A DNA stretch of 64,000 bases from an uncultured virus (IMG/VR IMGVR_UViG_3300018405_000012) (taxonomy: Duplodnaviria; Heunggongvirae; Uroviricota; Caudoviricetes): the IMG/VR virus record IMGVR_UViG_3300018405_000012; one strand, 5' to 3'. The position numbers and the translations under genes are program-made. Below the pieces are notes generated by a model. That model ran no database searches, had not been told where the DNA came from, and saw only the letters and a list, made by a program, of their open reading frames with translations. Positions 57,193 through 64,000 of this stretch are shown in pieces; within the stretch, counting starts at the first letter, position 1, and every line of letters begins with the position of its first letter.

Positions 57193-60100
57193 ATGGCTAA
57201 GAAAGACGAAATCAATTTGGACGACCTCGACCTCGATAGTTTCGACTTCGACGTCCCTGAATTTGATGGCGAAGGTGTGGAGGATAGCTCTTCCCGCAAA
57301 CCCATCGAGCGTGTGCTCAAAGGCGTAGTACACGGCGCTAAAAACGAATTGACCAGTGTATCCAGCCTCAGGACCGCTATGTCGCTGGCAATGCCTGAAG
57401 GGTATTCGCTGGCAGCTGACACACTCGAGAATATCGCAACCGACACCCGCTCACTATACGATAAGGTAGCCGGGGATTCTCCAGAACTGGTTCGCAGCAG
57501 TAAGAGTTTTGGTCGAAAGGCCATGAACCTTCTGGGAAATAAGGTTCTGCCTAAGAAAGTCGCAGACCGCCTGAACAACGCCCTGGAGGAAGGTGAAGAC
57601 TACAAGGTCACCTCCGAAGCCCAGTACCGTCGAGAACAGGAAGAGAGTGAGCTGGCTGCGCTGGCTGAGATCTTCAAGGCCAAGGCCGCTGCCGACGAAG
57701 AGCGTTCTGATCAGGATGCAGTTGAGAACGTCGAACGCAAGGCGCTTGAACAGGCTCGCTTAGTCCAACATCCAAGCCCTCAATGCCATCAATCGCAGCA
57801 TGGCACGGTTGGTTGGGTATCAGGACAAGGTCACTATTCGTTACCAGCAAAAGATGCTGGAACTGAATTACCGTCAGTACGCGACCACCAAGCAACTGAC
57901 GGACATGATGTCCATTGCGACACAGAAACAACAACAATTACTTGAAACCATCCGCCACAACACCGCGCTCCCTGAGGCAGTTAAGATTCGTGGCAGTGAA
58001 ATGTTTGGTCAGATGGCCAGACAACGACTCATGGGAAATGGTCTTAACACGATTTCCAATTGGTCGCAAAATTACACCAAACAGATGATGTCCAACGTCC
58101 AGGGCATGGTCAGCGGTTTCCTTGATCCAGTCAAGGATGCCCGCAGCATGACCGAGGGCATGGATAAGAGCTATCTGGCAGGTCAGACCCTCGGCGCGAC
58201 TGCCGCCGGGGCAGCTCGCGATCACGCATCGATGTTCATCTCGCCATTCCTGGCGAAGAACAAGCGTATCGCAATGGGTGGTGAGAAACTCAGAGGTGCA
58301 TTCAGCGGCCTGCCGCAGAAAGTCAACGAATACGCGCAAAGTCAATCTGACAACGAAGGCTATGGCTTCAAGTCAGTGATGGGCAAAGTCTTCAAGAGCT
58401 TTTTGCCGCAATTTAGTCTGGATGCACGAACTGGTGGGGATTCGATTGAATCCCTCGATGAGATGGCGACGTTTGATAAACTCTCACGCCGTTCATTGAT
58501 CGAAGTGATTCCAGGTTACCTGTCTGAAATTGCTCACTGGACCAAAACCCTCGCTCGAGGTGAAGAGGGCGAGAAGCAGGTCTATAACCTTGCTCGGGGT
58601 GGTTTCACTAGCCGCAAAGATCAACTGAAGGATATCCAACGCACGCTGATGCCACGTCAAGAACGTGAAAGTCTACGCGCTGCCGCGGATGACTTCCTGA
58701 AGATGATTGGCGCCGACGGGATGTCTACGCGCGCACAGCGAGTGCTCAAACTGAAGTTGCTCGATGAGTTGGCTAACGGACGCGACCTGAAACCCGACCG
58801 GTTGTCCGATCCCGACAACTACCCAGGTGAAGAACTGGGGGTGGTGGAGGAAATCACCGAAGCGGTAATCGATGCATTCGGGTTGGATGAGAACGGCAAG
58901 CGCACTGACATGTCCATCGAGGGACGTAAGCGCTTCAATGACATTGCCGATCACTTCTATCGCATGTCCAGCATGGTACCTGCGATAGGCGACAAGACCC
59001 GCATCCTCGGAGACCTATTTGGTAAAGACACCCTTAGAGAACTTGGCTTCATACGCCGGGATGGCCGCGAAGACACCATTGATTTCAACAAATATTGGAG
59101 CAACATTCTCGATGGCGACTCCGACGCTGAATCAGGTAAAACAGGAACTCCGCAAGGTCGCAAGGATGACGTTAATCTGCGTGATCTCCTGCCTGGTAGT
59201 ATTGCAAAGCTTATTGATCCTGCTGGTGATCATGCCTCGCGGGCTGTTCGAGCTGACGTATCTTCCGCTGGCGCGGCGCAGAGCCTCGGTCGAAAGACCG
59301 GACTAGAGCGTTACCTAGGGGATAAATCCACCCTCCTGACTTTGATCCGTGAATCGCGAGATTTTCACAGTGAGACAGTTGAGCTACTCAAGCAACTCAG
59401 TACAAAAGGAATGTGCTGCAGTCAGCGCGGGGCCATGGAAGGGATGGCAGGAAAGGTGCAAGGGGCTACCCAGAACCTCTCCGAACGCTTCAGGCATTAC
59501 CGCAATGTTGCCGGTGATCGGGCATCCGATGTCTGGAAACGCGGTAATGAAAAATTCGACAAAGCCAAGGAGCTGGGTAGGGATATCTGGCTCCAAGGCG
59601 ATGATCATCCATTGATCACTGAAGCCAAGCTTAAAGCTGGCGAGTACCGTGACAAAGCCACCGGTGAGATCCTCAAGCACTGGGAGGAGATTAAAGGCGA
59701 TGTCGTCGACCTCAAGGGCAAGACAGTCATGCGGTACAACGACTTCATGGAAAGCGGTTACATCGCTGACAAGAAAGGGAAGCTGATCAAGCGCGCTGCA
59801 GACCTTAAGTTCAGGTTTGCCAGTTCAAAGGCCGGTCAGATGACCAGTGAGGCAGCCCGGTATATCACCGATCAGTCCAACAAATTGGCAACTGCAGCCA
59901 GCCCCCACCTGGACCAGGCAGGCAAGGAACTGAAGCGCCAGAAGCGTACCTTCAGACCTCGCATGAATCGTCTGATGCGCAGGCTCAAAGGTGAGCTGGG
60001 TGCTGATGTTTCCAGTGAGCTGACCGGAGACCATAACGAGGACATGTTGACGCTGGCGCTGCGCAACGTGCAGCTTCAGTACCAGACCTTGCAGGAAGTC

Positions 60101-63100
60101 ACCCGCGAGAAAGTCCGTAAGGGATCGTTCCAGGATCTGGCTTCGAGAGCCAAAGGAATGAAAGATGATCTTAAGGACAAGATCAAAGGAAAATCCGATG
60201 GCATCGGTGGACTCTTTAGTAAAGGTGGTCCGCTTGCTGCACTGATGGCCAAACTCCAAGGTGGGGAAGGCGAAGAAGGCGGTGGTGTTGGATGGTTGGG
60301 TGGCCTCGGCGGCTTATTAGGGGGTGGCCTCGGCGGCTTATTAGGGGGTGGCGATGGCGAGAGTAATAAAGACCGCGAGAATAAGCGGCGTGCTAAGCGA
60401 ACCGGTAAACTCGGTAAGCTGATGAACTTTGGGGGACGGGCGCTTGATAAGATGGGGATCGTCGGCAAAGGATTGAAGCTGGGCGCTAAAGGAATCGGCG
60501 GCGCGGCTAAGTTGGGCTGGGGTGCAACCAAGCTCGTGGGTAAGGGAGCCTGGGGTGCAACCAAGCTTGCTGGGCGCCTCCTGACTAATCCCCTGACCCG
60601 TACTGTGCTGGGGACAGGTGCTCGCATGGCCGCCGGTGCTCTCTTGGGTGCGGCTGGTCTGGTCAGTGCTCCGGTACTCGCAGGGCTGGCGATCGGGGGT
60701 GCTGCCATAGCCGGGGGTGCCATGGTGTACTCGTTCGTCAAGGAGAAGGTTCCGCCACTGACGCGTCTTCGGATGGCACAGTACGGTATCGATCCGAAAC
60801 CTGACACGGCTGAACTGAAGACCCTGCTGCAACTGGAAGAGTACGTGGGCAAGTACACGACCGTTGACCCAACCGGGAAGGCGCAAGTGGACATGCAGAG
60901 CATGTCGTTCGAACCCATTGCCCAGATGTTCAAGATCAACATGGATGTCCCACCCGCAGAGAACGAACTGTTCCAGCGCGTCAAGGCGTTTGTGACCGGT
61001 CGTTTTGCGGCGGTGTACTTGAACTGGATTGGCAACTACCACATGCTGAACAAGTCGCTTGACCTAGTCAAGATCGACGAGAAGCTGACCGGTAAGGTGG
61101 CGCTGGAGTTTGTGGGTAAGGTCGCCATGAGTGAGCGCTCCGAAGTCCTTAATGCCATGGTCAGTCCGTTCGAGGATGATGAGCTGGAAATGGATGCCAG
61201 GGACGTGGAAAAGATTGTCAAGGATGTCAAGCGAGAAATCGAAGCCAAGGCTGTGAAGTCTACAGTCGATACCGTGGCCAAGACAAACGCAGCCGCTGCA
61301 GGGATGTCCCCCGGTCACGATGGTGCGGCACGCAAGGAAGCAGCAGCGAAAGCCAAAGCAGAACTGCAAAGCCCATCGACCACCCCGGCTACTCCACCGC
61401 CACAACCGCTGAATAGCCAGAGCAAGACCACGACGGCCAATGTCACTGGGATGGTGAAGGCAAGCTACGACCCGGCTGGCGCCACTGCCATCATGGGTGC
61501 AGGTGCGGCAGTGATTGCTGCGATCAATAAATCGGCTAAGGATTTGACTGACGGGCGGTCTGTCCGTTATCGTGTCTACGGCCTGACCGAGATGGTCGAA
61601 AGTAAAGTCAATCAATTGGCTGCACTTGAAGCTTACTGCTTTGCTACCACACGCTACAACAAGGATGGCCAAGCTGAACTGGCTGATGTTAATACCGGGA
61701 TGTTGATGGCAGAGAAGATATTCGCCCCCATCGGGGAAGAGGTTGATCGGTGCTATATTTGGTTCCATCGTCGTTTCCTGCCGGCATACCTGGCCTTCTG
61801 CACTGGGGTGAGGGCACGCGCTAACATCGATGCACAAACTGCCGATGACCGACTGGCACCTGAGCAGTTGATGGAAGTGCTCCGTGAAACGGCCACGGCA
61901 CGGGACAATGCCGGTATCTCGGTCTGGGAGATTACAGCGAGCCCATGGCCCGGCTACTACCTCAATGAGGACAGTGACTCGGTCAAGGAACCCCTGTACA
62001 ACCTCAGCTTGAAGATTAAGGACAAAGTCCTGTCGGAACAGGAAGCCATTCATAAGGGCCGCACCCGCGGCAAGAATGGTGAACTCCTGGCTGAAGATCC
62101 CACCCAAACCAACCGGCCGAGCGCACCGGGACAAGGCAATGGCCCGAACGGCTCTGCGACCCCAGAATCTCAAAAGGAGAATGGGGGTAGTTGGTGGTCG
62201 AAGACAAAGGACTTCTTCGGACTTGGTAGTAAGTCTGAACAACAGGGGTCTATCAACAGCAGCGGTCAACCCGCTGCACCTGGGGGTGCATCGACACTGA
62301 AGACTGGAACACCCGTCAGCCATCCTGGTGGTGGCACAGGCGGTAACATCAACGACATCCCAGAACCGCAAGGCGATGGGTGGGAAGCGAACCGGGCTAC
62401 CTTGATGGCAGCTGCCAACATGGTCGGGGTCGATCCAGCACTGGCTGCTAGTATTGCCGGTGTTGAATCTAACTACAGACCTAATGCATTGCCATACAAG
62501 AACCCGCGCAACCCCTCCGCCGGTGTGCTCTCTTCGGCTGCCAGTTACTACCAGGTCATCAGCGGTACTTGGAAAGAACTGATGGGTAAGTATGCAGGTA
62601 AGTACGGCATCAACCCTGGCACCACGCAGCACGATCCACGGGCAAACGCCCTGTTGGGCCTTGAGTATATCCGGGAAAACATCAACACCATCAAGAAGGC
62701 GGTGAACCGTGGCATCACGGACACTGACGTCTACTTGGCACACTTCCTAGGTCCAGGTGGGGCGAGGAAATTCTTGAGAGCACCTCCGGGCGATCTTGCG
62801 ATCAACCATGTAGGGCAAGCTCAGGCAAGATCAAACCCCGCGATCTTCTACAGTCGCAGTGGCCAACCGCGTACCGTGGCTGATGTCTACAACGACTTCG
62901 ATAAGAAGTTGACGAAGCATCGGAAACAAGACGCAGGTCAAGTGGCCCAAGGGCTGCTGACAGGTTCGCCTGTACTCGCTGCCAGCGAAACCGCCGCAGG
63001 CAATGCTGGAGGAGCCGCAGGTTCAGTGGAGGCAACTGCGGCAACTGAGTCAGTGGCAGTTACCGCCGATGGTACAATGCCATCGATGGTTAAGCCTGTT

Positions 63101-63502
63101 GAAACAGCACCTGCAACAAATACTGTGGCAGAGAACCAGAGTGCACCTTCCGCGACCAGTCTCACCGAACAGGCCGACGCACGGCAGACCCAGTCTACCA
63201 TTGCACCCTTGGCCGTGGCTGCACGTACTGCAGAAGCTCAGACTGCCCCGCAGACTCGAGCCAATGCCGATACATTCGGTGGTGCTGAAGCTAACATCGG
63301 TCGTCTGATCAGTGTTAACGAATCGCAGCTGGAGCAACTGATCACCTTGGTCAGTCTGGTCAAAGGTGGTGCCATGCCCACACCCGGAGTCACCTCCGGT
63401 AAAAGTGAGCTGATGGCCAATTCCACCACTCGACAGAACCCCAGTATCAATGCCACACGACCCGCTCCGAAAGGGACGGTCTCCGTAGGGCGGATGGCGT
63501 AA
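57193..63502 (+). CDS. Tape-measure / lytic transglycosylase protein (phiKZ gp181-like), with an apparent frameshift near 57760
   Basis: Two overlapping ORFs (57193 and 57764/57800) forming about 2100 aa; SLT motifs IAGVESNY, YYQVISGTW and YLAHFLGPGG. Confidence 0.82.
60298..60352 (+). repeat. 24-nt tandem repeat, about 2.3 copies (GGLGGLLG)
   Basis: GGGTGGCCTCGGCGGCTTATTAGG twice plus a partial copy. Confidence 0.85.
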
Positions 63503-63506
63503 CCAC

Positions 63507-63540
63507 AGAGTGAGGGGAGCAATCCCCTCACTCTCTTTTC
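63507..63540 (+). terminator. Intrinsic terminator
   Basis: AGAGTGAGGGGA-GCAA-TCCCCTCACTCT followed by a U-rich run. Confidence 0.7.
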
Positions 63541-63559
63541 TATTTTTAAGAGGTCACCC

Positions 63560-64000
63560 ATGGACAATATCCTCGACGACAGTTGGGTTAAATCAGCCTT
63601 CTTGCTGCCTGCCGATACCATCATCGGGGGTAATGCTGCGGTCGTCAACCGAATTTATTCCACCTCGATGCAGAAGGCCAACGACACCACCCTAGGTGGA
63701 AACTTTGTCATCAACCCTCTCCCTCAGTTCACTCGGTATGCAGACCTGAAACACAACCTGTTTACCAATCAGCACGGTCGAGGATCATCGACCCTGCTCC
63801 CGAAGGTATCGCGCAGTCACAGCACTGACCCGAAAGGGTGTAATGGCATGGGTCGTACCTACAGCGAGAAGATTGACGACAACATGCAGGTTGTACACTT
63901 TCGCATGGGCTTTCCGCAGTTCAACAGCCTGACTCAGTTCTACACCAACTATTACTCGGTTCCTGCCTCGTCCATGGCGCGGACTGGTCGTGCACCAGGG
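63560..64000 (+). CDS. Partial virion/baseplate protein (phiKZ gp182-like position)
   Basis: Read by hand: GAGG RBS, MDNILDDSWVKSAF...DTTLGGNFVINPLPQFTRYAD...GMGRTYSE; open to the window end. Confidence 0.75.
   Translation, partial: MDNILDDSWVKSAFLLPADTIIGGNAAVVNRIYSTSMQKANDTTLGGNFVINPLPQFTRYADLKHNLFTNQHGRGSSTLLPKVSRSHSTDPKGCNGMGRTYSEKIDDNMQVVHFRMGFPQFNSLTQFYTNYYSVPASSMARTGRAPG

Noticed and set aside
1..64000. tRNA, rRNA, CRISPR arrays, IS elements, genome-wide stop-codon reassignment
   Set aside because: None seen by eye; genes end at all three standard stops, and the RNAP breaks are explained by introns

Overview
64 kb of a nucleus-forming jumbo phage (phiKZ/SPN3US-like, Chimalliviridae), identified by chimallin, PhuZ tubulin, non-virion and virion multisubunit RNA polymerase subunits, a family-B DNA polymerase, SbcD, terminase, tail sheath and tube, prohead protease and a tape-measure protein with a lytic transglycosylase domain. 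Main observations: (1) Five group I introns interrupt three RNAP genes. Both catalytic DFDGD motifs are split, and the nvRNAP motif is assembled as N|ADFDG|D from a 15-nt micro-exon between two ORF-less introns. (2) A free-standing GIY-YIG endonuclease appears to have entered the phuZ 5' end, leaving the old N-terminus as a 23-codon orphan and supplying a recoded replacement. (3) A catalytically dead, acidic GIY-YIG domain lies on the other side of phuZ. (4) An intron HNH gene has its RBS sequestered in a hairpin whose loop holds a late-promoter-like TATG. (5) A 28-nt promoter-like motif and hairpin-TATGCCG elements recur. (6) A tandem run of small acidic proteins shares a common architecture. 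All homology calls come from motif recognition and recalled synteny, not database searches; gene numbers from other phages are from memory.
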